From Pseudovirgaria hyperparasitica (lineage: Eukaryota), in assembly GCA_010093815.1 (NCBI GenBank), contig ML996580.1: DNA of 64,000 nucleotides; one strand, 5' to 3'. How positions within the stretch are numbered: position 1 is the stretch's first letter; each line of letters opens with the position of its first letter. The position numbers and the translations under genes were made by a program. The notes under the pieces are model-generated. The model ran no database searches. It saw only the letters and a list, made by a program, of their open reading frames with translations, and had not been told where the DNA came from. This document shows positions 1 to 11,152 of the stretch, one piece after another.

Positions 1-732
1 ATCACCTTCCCCGACCAAGCCCCCAAGTCAACATCAACATCCACCAAAAAACAAACCTCAAACCCCAAAGACCTCTCGTCCACCGACCAAACCCCAACAG
101 CAGACCTAGGCTTCAACGACCCCTTCTTCACAAACCCCCTCCAAACAACCACCAAACCCAAACCCCGCAAACCCACCCCTAAACCCACTCCCTCAACGTC
201 CCAAACAACAACAACCCCCGCCGAACTCTCCCTCCTCCTCACCCCCGACGACCCATCCACCCAGCCCCTAAACCACTTCAACATGACCGCCATCGAACGC
301 GCCGAAAAGCGCGCCGCCCGCAAATCCCACAAAACCCCCCACAACAAACACAACAAACACAAAAAATCCCACCAAGACGAAAACGAACACGAACACGAAC
401 ACGAAACGAACAGCGCCCTCCAACCAGGCTTCAAAATGGACGTCGCAGACGCACGCTTCGCGCCGCTGTTTGAGAGCCATGAGTTTGCGATCGATCCGAC
501 GAATCCGCGGTTCAGGAGCACGGCGGGGATGAAGGCTGTGCTGGAGGAGGGGAGGAGGAGGAGGAAGGAGGGGGGGAGGGATAAGAGGGATGGTGAGGAT
601 GAGGGCGTTGGTATGGGTAAGAGGAAGAGAGATGGAGGGAAGCAAGAGGGCGAGGGAAACGGAAAGGCAGACGAGGATATCGGGAAATTGGTGGAACGGG
701 TCAAGAAGCGTTCGAAAGGCGCGATGGCGTAG
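1..732 (+). CDS. ESF1: Pre-rRNA processing protein Esf1, C-terminal part (5' end outside the window)
   Basis: Frame 1 is open from base 1 to TAG at 730-732. It reads DLGFNDPFF...AELSLLL...HFNMTAIERAEK, then the NUC153-type motif FKMDVADARFAPLFESHEFAIDPTNPRF and a basic C-terminus. Confidence 0.85.
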   Translation: MTFPDQAPKSTSTSTKKQTSNPKDLSSTDQTPTADLGFNDPFFTNPLQTTTKPKPRKPTPKPTPSTSQTTTTPAELSLLLTPDDPSTQPLNHFNMTAIERAEKRAARKSHKTPHNKHNKHKKSHQDENEHEHEHETNSALQPGFKMDVADARFAPLFESHEFAIDPTNPRFRSTAGMKAVLEEGRRRRKEGGRDKRDGEDEGVGMGKRKRDGGKQEGEGNGKADEDIGKLVERVKKRSKGAMA

Positions 733-941
733 TGTCCATAGACATACACACATACACACATACATAGACAGATAATGGTCCTGTAGTCTGGTCTGGGTGT
801 GAAAACGTCGAAAGCTCAGAACTTAAATGTACTGCCTTGTTTTTGTATTGTGATGACCATCTCTCTATGCGCACCAGAGTACGAAGTGACACCATCCCAT
901 ATCACCCCATCCCAAGCATACCACACCACACCACCACTAAA

Positions 942-3160
942 CTAAAAATTCATCAAATCGCGCCCAAACATCGCCCGCTTACTCCAATCCATCGCCAGCA
1001 GCATCCTCGTCCGCAAGCTCACGCTCTGCGCAAAATACACACTCCGCCAGAGATACACGGCCAACAGCCCGCCCGAGAAGCTGATGCCGCCAAAGTCAAA
1101 CACCGCCGCATTCCCGACATACGCCAGACTGCCCATGTGCTTGTACTCAAACGCCTTGTAGACGGCCTCGTCGAGATCGCCGTAGCTGACCTCGTTCAGC
1201 TTCATGCCGGGCGCCATCTGGGCCATGCGGGTGAGTTTGCGGGCGAGGTACTGGCCCTGCTGGTGGGCGCGCTGGGCGGTGGCGGGGAGGCTGGTGAGTT
1301 TGCTGTCGATCTGGGCGAGGAGTTCGCGGAGCTCGCCAAAGTCGAGGGTGCCGGATTGGTCCTTGTCGTACTGCTGGAAGAGCTTGTCGAGGCGGCGGAG
1401 GTGGTCGCTGGCTTGGGGGAAGCGTGCCTTGACGCGCTGGGCGACCTTGCGCCAGTCGGAGAAGCTGATCTGCATGCGCTCCGGGTCCTGGCCCTTTTCC
1501 CAGGCGAGCGTGCGTAGGAAGGTGACTATATGGTCGGATATGTTGTTCTGTACGGTGGAACAGTCGCCGACGGCGTAGACGTCACCGAGTGGTGCACCGA
1601 TCAGGCGGAGGTGGGTATCGGTTTCAAGAGCGTGCCGGTTGTTTTGCCCGTCAAGCTTCTTAGCGAGCTTCTGGCAAAACTCGGTTTGTGCTAGGAAGAG
1701 TTAGCATTGTCTGGGACGAGACGGCATGATACATACAAACTCCAGTCGACCAAAGGCAGAATCCCATTGGAATCTCCTTGGTGATGACTTGGTTGTTCTC
1801 GTCCTTTTGAGTGAACAGGATCTTATCGGCCTGAACTTCCGCTACTCGTGAATTGGTGAGCACATCGACTTGGTCGTGTGCAAATCGGTCCTGTTGATGC
1901 CTATAAGCCACAAATCCATAGTTATATGGTCCAAATACTTACTTCTGCATATTTCGATAGCGCTTCATCATAGGTGTTCAGGATATGCCCTCGACTTTGT
2001 ATTAGGTGTACTGAGATTTCAGATCGGAGGATCTTGGGGTAATAACGGCATAAGTCCTCGTTAAGCATGTCGAATAGCTCGGCTGCGAATTCGACACCAG
2101 TTGGACCTCCTCCGCAGACCACGAACGAGAGCAATCTCCGTCGCTCTTGGTCTGAAGTTGTTGGAAGAGATGCCAGCTCCAGATTCCGAACGACGGTGTT
2201 TCTTATTAGTCGGGCATCGGTAATATCCTTCAGGAAATGGCAGTTCTCCAGGCCTTTGACGCCATGAGGGTTGGTCACAGATCCTAAAATGTTCAGCTTA
2301 ATCCAAGTCCGCATCAACAGGCCAGCATTACCAACTCCAATGATGAGCTTGTCGTACGGTAGGTAAAAGTGTTGCTTTTCACCATTTGGACCAACGGCAG
2401 AGCATTCCACCAATTTCTCCGAGAAGAGCACGTCTTCCGCAGATGCTTTCATGAAATGTCCCTTTACTGCTCCCACGATCCTTCTGATCGGCTCAACCAA
2501 GCTCCTCAGCTCCAATGTCCCGACCGTGGCACTGGGCAGCATGGGCGTAAACAAGAAGTAGTTCGACGGGCTGACCACAACGATATGATAGTCGTCCGGG
2601 TTTATCTGCTTCAACAGTGCGACACTGCCCCAACCAGTGCCCAAGACAACCAGCTTGGGCTTGTGCTTCTTCTCTTTCTTCTTCTCGTCATCATCGTCAT
2701 CGAGCAAGTGTTCTGCGATTGGGAGGTTCTTGGGTCCACCACGGCGGGGTGATAGGGCAAGCTCAGAGATCTTCAGCTCTTCCTCGAACGGATTCTCGTT
2801 GTAGGTGTTGTAGTCGTAGACAAAGAAGGCGACCACACATCCACCAGAGAAAAGGACAAAGAAGCCCAAGTATGCAAGACTTCTGTATATCCACCGTAGA
2901 ACGCGTGACTTAGATTGCGGTAGAGGGTGGGTGGTGATGATGCGTATTTGCGAGAATGAGACCGGACAAGTCCGCCAGCGCCAGCGGCTCAGGTGCGATA
3001 ATTGCGGTCTCTTAAGCAAGGACGAAGAGCCAGCTTTCTGGGAAAGGAATCTATATGCATATCCAGTGGATTGCACTGGCGCCCTGGAGATGTTGAGGGT
3101 AGATGCAACAGCTCTTTGGAATGGTCGCGTTCCGTTGAGCCCAGCTCGTCGGGCGAGCAT
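942..3160 (-). CDS. NDE1: Mitochondrial external alternative (type II) NADH:ubiquinone oxidoreductase with EF-hand, similar to the Neurospora 64 kDa NDE1 type
   Basis: Arg/Ser-rich presequence, TM segment, Rossmann motifs VVLGTGWG and VCGGGPTGVEFAAEL, EF-hand DKDQSGTLDFGEL, LPATAQRAHQQG, and C-terminal FGRDLMNF. Predicted introns 2284-2331, 1891-1942 and 1691-1736. Confidence 0.92.
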
Positions 3161-3766
3161 CCTGGGAAGAGCTGCAGGGAACAGCTGGCGGAGATGACCA
3201 ATTGAAGACGTGAGAGACGCTCAATACATGCAGTAATAGGGTAGAAGAGATGCAACGAAGTATAGCAGTCAGAGGTGAAGGAGTTGTGGAAAAGAAGGGC
3301 AAATGGGTTGGGAATAGGGAATGGGGTTGTTCTTCGCGTGAGCTAAATGAAGCTTTTCCTGGCCTCTTTAGCTGTGGAATGACGTTGCAGCTGGCTGTTG
3401 AGTGCAACGACACACCAGCCACAGTCACAGCCATGGATAGCCACACTTTGGCGCCACAAGCACGCACCAACATCGTGACGCAAATGGTAAGCCCAGCCTC
3501 AACACAAATACATAGAAACACGCCGGCACGCAACGCACGCTACGCAACTATCATGCTTTATTCTTGGTATTATCATCATAACACTCGTACATGTAAACAA
3601 TGCAATGCTCTTCGCAGAGCCCCTGTGGTATCTATGAAACGCCATTCGCGCAGTATAAATGCCGTGAGCCAGATAAATTCAACTACGATGCCAAACGCCA
3701 ATTGCACTTTTCTACGTCCTTGCGGATTACATTGCCATTCAGATTTTCTCCACTATTTATTAGATT

Positions 3767-6700
3767 TCAAGGAGCCATGACCATCGCTAATAACGCCATG
3801 CGGGTGTACAGCCCGTAGCGCATCTATCACAAACATTAGCAAGGATCGAGTAATCATCAAGTATCAGCAGCTTACCTGTCGGAAATATGCAGCCCTCTGG
3901 TCAAAGTCTACCTCTTCGGCAATCTCATTGTTCCTAGGCAAGGGGTGCATCACGATCATATGCCCTTCGCCCTTGGCATGCTTCATCACCTCGTTGTTGA
4001 CCACGAAACTGTCCTTGATCTTCTCGTACAGCGCAAGATCGTCGAATCTCTCCTTCTGGACACGAGTACAGTAAAGTACATCCGTGCGACTGACTACTTC
4101 GGGCGTGAGCTCGAAAAGCTCTTCCTTCAGTTGACCCCGGGAACGAAGCGCATCGCACACCTTCTTGGGCATTGCTAGCGACTTAGGAGACACCAGTGTG
4201 ATGTTCACCTCGTAAAGTTTCAACAGCTCACAAAGCGAGTGAACTGTGCGTCCGTACTTCAGGTCACCGACAAAGGTGATGTTGAGGCCATTGACTGTTC
4301 CAAGCTCTTCTCTGATAGTGAATATGTCCAGGAGAGCCTGGGTTGGATGCTCCTTGGATCCATTACCAGCATTGATTATGGGTACGTCGGAGAACTTGGA
4401 TGCAATATCGGCCGAATCTTCAGAAGGATGACGAAGAACGATGCCGTCTGCGTAGCACGCCAGAGTACGGATGGTGTCAGCCAATGTCTCGCCCTTCTTA
4501 GTGCTTGAATGCTGCTCAGTGATAGTCACGACCTGACCTCCGAGACGCTTCATTGCAGTATCAAACGATGCTGAAGTCCTCGTGGACGGCTCGTAGAACA
4601 TTGTGCAAAGTACACGCCCTTTAAGGATATCGAGGCACCCTTGCCTCTGAACACCTAGCCGCATCTCTTGAGCAACAGTGAACAGAAGATGGAGATCAGT
4701 TCGGCTGAACTGCTTGACGCTAGTAACATTCTTGCCCTTGAAAGGAGATCGCGCGAGTAGCTGTCCAAGAGATTGTGAAGCGTTAGGCCGTTGCAGCTGC
4801 AAAGCTCCATGTGCGTCCGACCCCATCTTGCCATCGGCGAATGTCTGGTAGTCGACCTTGCTGATCTCGAGGTCGTAATGGCGCGCTAGAGCCTCGATGA
4901 GAAGTTTTGCGTTCTTGACGTTGGTGACTAATGGAGTTTGGTAGTCAACAGCCATACGACGAGTTTGGTAACCACGGCTGACATAGTTCGCTGGTCGACG
5001 GAACCGGTTGCTCGATGGAAGATTGATGTAGAGATCGATGAGATTGTTGGACAAATGCTGCATCAAGGAGTACTCTGGCTTTTGATCCTTGTCACTGACA
5101 CCAGATCCACCAAGAACTTCCAAGAATTTGACAGGAATGCCATGCTCGGCAATGTAGTCCGCTGTACCTGCAGTTGCAAACAGATTGTAGCCCATCTTGT
5201 GCAGATTCTGGATAGACGGCAACATCTCGAGCTTGTCTTTGAAGGAGCCGATCGACAAGAGAATGTTCTTCTTGGGCAGACGGAATCCCGTGGAAATGAG
5301 AGCTTTCAAATAGGCCTCGTATTTGGTCCGACCAAAGCACGCAACCTCTCCTGTGGAAGCCATTTCAACACCAAGTACAGGATCAGCACCGGACAGCCGT
5401 GAAAACGAGAACTGAGGCACTTTCACGCCAACGTAGTCCGCAGGAAGGGTAACATGGGGATATTCCACAAGCTCCAGACCAGCCATCGCTTTCGTCGCCA
5501 TCTCGATAAGATCGACACCCATGGTCTTGGACACAAAAGGAAACGATCGAGATGCTCGCACGTTGCACTCGATTACTTTGATGTCATTGTCCTTTGCAAT
5601 GAATTGGATGTTGTACGGTCCAGTAACATTCAATGCATTCCCGATTTTTCGTGTTGCATCCTCAATGCGGCGAACAGTCTCAGGGTCCAAGTCTTGAGGT
5701 GGCAGTATTAGTGTCGCGTCTCCAGAATGTACACCAGCATTCTCAACATGCTCAGAGATAAAATGGCCAATCATCTTGCCATTACGAGCAACAGCATCCA
5801 TTTCAATCTCCTTGGCGTTCTCAATGTACTTCGTTATGACCACTGGGTGCTCGGGTGAGACATCTGCTGCCTGGTTGAGGTAGTTGGCCAGATCGTGCTC
5901 AGAATAGACGGTGTTCATGGCAGCACCGGACAAGACATATGAGGGCCTGACCAGGACAGGGTATGATACTTTATTGCAGAATTGTCTTGCTTCCTCAAGA
6001 CTGGTCAACTCCTTCCACGCCGGCTGGTCCACCGAGATTCTGTCCAGCATGCGCGAGAACTTGTAGCGGTTTTCTGCCGTGTCAATCATTTCGGGAGATG
6101 TGCCAAGAATCTTGACGTTCATTCGATGAAGCGGCAGTGCAATATTATTGGGTGTTTGACCTCCCATGGAAAGAATGACCCCACTGGAGTTCTCTAGTGT
6201 GTAGATGTCAAGAACGCATTCAAGTGTGATGTTCTCGAAGTACAGTCGATCAGCTTCATCATAGTCAGTTGATACTGTTTCCGGATTATAGTTGACCATG
6301 GTAGTTTTAAAGCCTTGTTCCCTGAGCGTTCGGATAGCTCGTACGGAGCACCAATCGAATTCGACTGAAGACCCGATGCGGTAAACGCCTGAACCCAGTA
6401 CCATCACTCCGTGGTCATTGAAGTCGATGTCATTCTCCACACCATTATATGTCAAGTACAGATAATTGGTGTGAGCGGGGAACTCAGCAGCAACAGTATC
6501 GATCTGCTTGACAACAGGCATGATGCCCGCATCAACGCGAGACCTGCGGACTGCTAGCTCGTTGGAACTCCAAAATTTGGCGAGTTGCCTGTCCGAGAAG
6601 CCGAGTTGCTTTGCTTGGCGGAACAGGTCGGGAGTGATGTTGCTTCTCGTATATTTAGTCATGATCTTCCCGAAGTCACTCAGACCTTTCAGCCGACTGA

Positions 6701-9447
6701 GAAACCATTTGTCAATTTTGGTCATTTCCCAAATCTTGTCGACGGAGTATCCATTGTGCATCGCGTTTGCAAGCGCAAACAGTCTCTGGTCAGAGGGGGT
6801 CTGAAGCTCTGTGTCGATGCTCATGAGTGCTTCCGTATCGTTGAAGCCCATGTTGCTGGGGTCAATGGCACGAATGGCCTTTTGGATAGCCTCTTCAAAG
6901 GTACGACCGATGCTCATCACCTCACCAACACTCTTCATTGAGGATCCAAGGAGAGTAGAAACCCGCAGGAATTTCTTCAAGTCCCATCGAGGGATCTTCA
7001 CGACCACATAGTCAAGCGACGGCTCAAAGCAAGCGCAAGTAGACTTAGTGACAGAGTTCGTGATCTCGTTGAGTGGGATGTTCAAGCCTAGCTTGGCTGC
7101 TACGAACGCCAATGGATACCCAGTGGCCTTCGAGGCAAGCGCGGAAGAGCGCGACAATCGAGCGTTGACCTCAATAATGCAATATTCTTTTGAGAATGGA
7201 TTCAAGGCGTACTGAATGTTGCATTCACCGACGACGCCAAGATGACGAATGACGTTGACAGCAGTGGTTCGCAGCATGTTGTAATCTTCGTCAGACAGCG
7301 TCTGCGATGGCGCTACAACAATGGAGTCACCAGTGTGGATTCCAAGAGGATCGAAGTTTTCCATGTTACAGACAGTGATGCAGTTGTCGCGGGCATCGCG
7401 AACAACTTCATACTCAATCTCCTTCCAGCCTTTCATGCTGCGTTCGATCAGGACTTGTGGACTGGCAGCGAATGCTTTGTTGCAGAGGTCCAACAACTGC
7501 TCCTCGTTATCAGCAAAGCCACTTCCGAGTCCACCGAGAGCATATGCAGCGCGGACAATGACAGGAAACCCGATGCCCTTGACAGCACGCATCGCTTCAT
7601 CAACGGAATTAGCAGATGCGGACTTGGCACACTTCTCCCCTATAGATTCCATGCTACGAGCAAATAACTCTCGATCTTCAGTTGTGATGATGGTGTCAAT
7701 TGGAGTTCCAAGGACCTGAACGCCAAGCTCCTCGAACTCGTCTTTGAGCTGGATACCGACCTGTAACGCTGTTTGGCCGCCGAATGTGCAATATATAGCG
7801 TCTGGACGCTCTTGCTTGATGACTTTCCGTACAAATTCCGGCGTTACCGGAAGGAAGTAGACTTGGTCCGCCAAGCCCTTGGAGGTCTGAATGGTTGCAA
7901 TGTTTGGGTTGATCAAGATGGTATAGATACCCTCCTCCTTCAGAGCCTTGATGGCTTGACTGCCTGAGTAATCGAACTCACCAGCCTGGCCAATACTCAG
8001 ACCACCACTGCCCAAGACCAGCACTTTCTTGGGATGCAATCGGGGAAACTTTTGCTCAACGTCTCTGACTTGGCCCCCTGGGAAAACTACTGGTTCTGCG
8101 AGAGCTTTGGAGTCCTGAAGTACCTTCTGAATGCTGTTAATGAACACGTCAAAGAGGAACTCAGTGTCTTGTGGTCCTGGTGCGTGCTCAGGATGGAACT
8201 GGACACTAAAGTATGGTCGCGATACATGTCGGATCCCTTCATTGGATTGATCATTCGCGTTCCTGAACAACTCTTCCCATTGTGCTGGTAGAGTTGCAGA
8301 ATCGACAGCAAAGCCGTGATTCTGCGATGTAATGTAACATCTTCCAGAGATTTGGTTTGTGCATGGGATGTTGTGTCCACGGTTGCCGAATTTCATCTTT
8401 AAAGTGCTAGCCCCTGCTGCACGAGCCAGCAGCTGATGACCAAGACAGATACCAAAGATGGGAGTTCTCGCCTCGTCCATGGCAGTAGCGATATGTTTCA
8501 CTGTGGACTGCATCATAGCTGGGTCACCAGGACCGTTCGATATGAATAGGCCGTCGTAGCTCTTTCCTGCGAGCTTTGGAAAGTCGTAGTCCCAAGGAAC
8601 TACCTCCACTTCCACCCCTCTTTTTACCAAACATCTCAATTGATTATATTTGAGGCCGACATCGACGCATATGACACGTACAGGACGACCAGAGGGGTGG
8701 CGAAGGGCAGTACTTTTGCTTGGGGGATATATTTTGGGCTCTTTGGTCGACACTATTCTGGTTTTAGTACTGACTTGCAGTGGTCAGGAAACGTCAAAAG
8801 GTACCTTCAGCAACGAGATTCTTCTCGTTGGGATTGACCCAAGCCAAATCCTCATAGTCCAACTTCCAATCCCGAATTTGAGGAGTCTCTGTGCCAGCCA
8901 CTAGACTCTTCTGGGGCACGTCTGTCCGTACACCGTTTGAGATGCTGCTCAACAGGCCAGAGATTGCCCCGGCGACTGTATTCTTTTGCTTGAGTATCTT
9001 GCCAAGCATGCTTCCGTGCTCGCGTATTCTTTTCGTAAGTGCACGAGTGTCGACGCCATAAATGGCCGGCACGCCTTGCTCTTGCAGCCATTGGCCTAGG
9101 GACGAAGTAGCAAGGTGATGTGAGAACTCCTCGCCTGCATATGCAGCGATCACCAGACCCGCGATATGGATTTGGGAGGACTCGAAATGTGCGGGGATGC
9201 CCTCGAGCAGTTCGTCTTGTTCCTCTCGAGATGGCACACCGTAGTTGCCGACCAGTGGGAAGGTAACGACCAAGATTTGACCTCTATAGGAAGGATCTGT
9301 AATAGATTCAGGGTAACCGACCATACCAGTCTGAAAGACTAGCTCTCCAGCTATGCTCTTGGGAGCACCAAAGCTATGGCCCTTGCAGACATAGCCGTCC
9401 TCGAGCTCGAGTGCCATGGACAGCTCATTGGCACTTGACGGAGGCAT
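3767..9447 (-). CDS. URA2: Multifunctional pyrimidine enzyme: glutamine amidotransferase, carbamoyl-phosphate synthetase and aspartate transcarbamylase (Ura2/PyrABCN), about 1858 aa, with no DHO-like domain
   Basis: [30 protein letters not shown] and QFHPE (GATase); [10 protein letters not shown] and a duplicated ATP-grasp (CPS); [16 protein letters not shown] and MHPLPR (ATCase). Introns 8753-8804 and 3824-3875. The last exon reads [18 protein letters not shown]. Confidence 0.96.
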
Positions 9448-11152
9448 GGTCCTCGATTGAAACGACGAGCAATGAACGAGCGGCAGGTGGGTTACGAAGG
9501 TCTTCAGCAGTATCTAGTAGGTTTCTGTTGTAAACTAGATATTGTAATTCCAACGACGGCGGTTTACTCCTGGAGAGGAGCGAACACCCAGTAGTGAATA
9601 TAGATATACAAGACGTTGACCTGATAGATGGTGCATGTAAGGAAGCAAAAGTTTTTGGCTCGAAAAAAAAAACCTGTGCCTAGAGGCAGCGAGACATGCA
9701 GGCGGGGGACGGCGCCGGGTTGAAGTGTGGGGTATCCTTGGCTTTTTGCGCGACTATTAACCTTATTAGCTAGGCTACATAAGAGTACACAAATAGTACT
9801 TGTACTGTCTACACTGTACAGGTGGTAATATGTAGGTAGTCGTGGAGTACTCAATGAGCAGTCTACGTTACCAGCATACCTAGGTAGGTACCTGTACCTG
9901 GCCAGGTACGTACCTTCGTAGGTAAGGGGAGTTGGTGGTAGCTATCATGGGTACTACTACTGTGCGTTCTTTGTGGACGCTGTCAGCTGGCATGTTCAAC
10001 ATCCCTTTGCACATTATACAGGCCACGGATTCATTTCCTGCAGATACCCGGGCGTTATACCACTACTATGCTGTCTATGTACTACTGATACTACTCATCA
10101 CTACTACTGCGACGATGCACGTCATGCCCACACGTTCCGACAAACTACTCCAGAGGCGTTGTGATGCGTGGAATAGTCCAAGCGAGCCAGTCAAATGGTC
10201 TAAAGTCTGCCATTCCCCGTTTTCTTAAACTGTATACTCGGCGCTGATCGTGATCAAGGATCTGATGTAGCACAGCACGTGAAATCATATCCACAGTCTT
10301 GGGTCTGAGCATACCGTTGCCGTCGACATTGTGCGCGGTGCTGGCGTTTGCGTCCCATCGCTGGAGCAGCTGGATTTGCGTGACAAGGACCATCCTTGAT
10401 GGTATAGAGCTCGGATCGAGTGCAGAAAACGGACGTGCAAGCGTAGTCGAGGCAGATCATGATGGATGCAGTTGGCTGGAGAGGGATGGGGCCCAGACGT
10501 CGCATCCCCACGATGGCGATTTGGGATTCAGCACAACCGCCGCGCATCACGGAGATGGATGTCAGGCGGGCATTTGTATGACGGAATGAGGAGCGGTGAG
10601 GGTAACACGGTCTGCTCTGACTGGACGACTTCGAGGTTGCGCTGACTTGCAGTTTGGGGGGTTCAGTTTGCAGGCTGCGAATGCAGTGCATCGGATCAAG
10701 GATGCTGCAGCTAAAGACTAGCGACTGTCATGGCGTGCATCAAAGGCGTTCTGCCGATAAGCTCACTGCTGCACATTCACTCACTCACTTACTGACATAC
10801 ACTGATAATACTACTACCTACTACCTACTACTCTTCTCACTCTTCACCGTCTTGATCTTGGTTCTAATCTCCGGCTAACTAACTAACCAACTGCCATCCA
10901 TCTTTTGCCTTTACCTATGCTTCTCTCTTCCCGCCGCCGCCATGCCGTAGAGGGGGAAGTCACCGGTTCACCTGGAGGCCCTTGATTAAGTGGGCTTTAT
11001 TCCCCTTGTGTCAATTTTATGCCAGACGCTGTGCTCTTTGATGCTGCTGTGCTGCTGCTGCGTGCACTCCGTCCATCTTGAACTTCTGCTTCTCGTCTGC
11101 GCGTCACATTCAACTCTCCTCTGGGATCTCGTCGCGTCGTTCAACTGCTGCA

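Noticed and set aside
384..411. GAACAC tandem hexamer, and CATA/CA microsatellite at about 737-768
   Set aside because: Ordinary low-complexity repeats, not a CRISPR array.
9564..9854. Possible regulatory uORF upstream of URA2
   Set aside because: Non-ATG start, spans the likely promoter, and has no resemblance to the arginine attenuator peptide, which belongs to the arginine-specific CPS.
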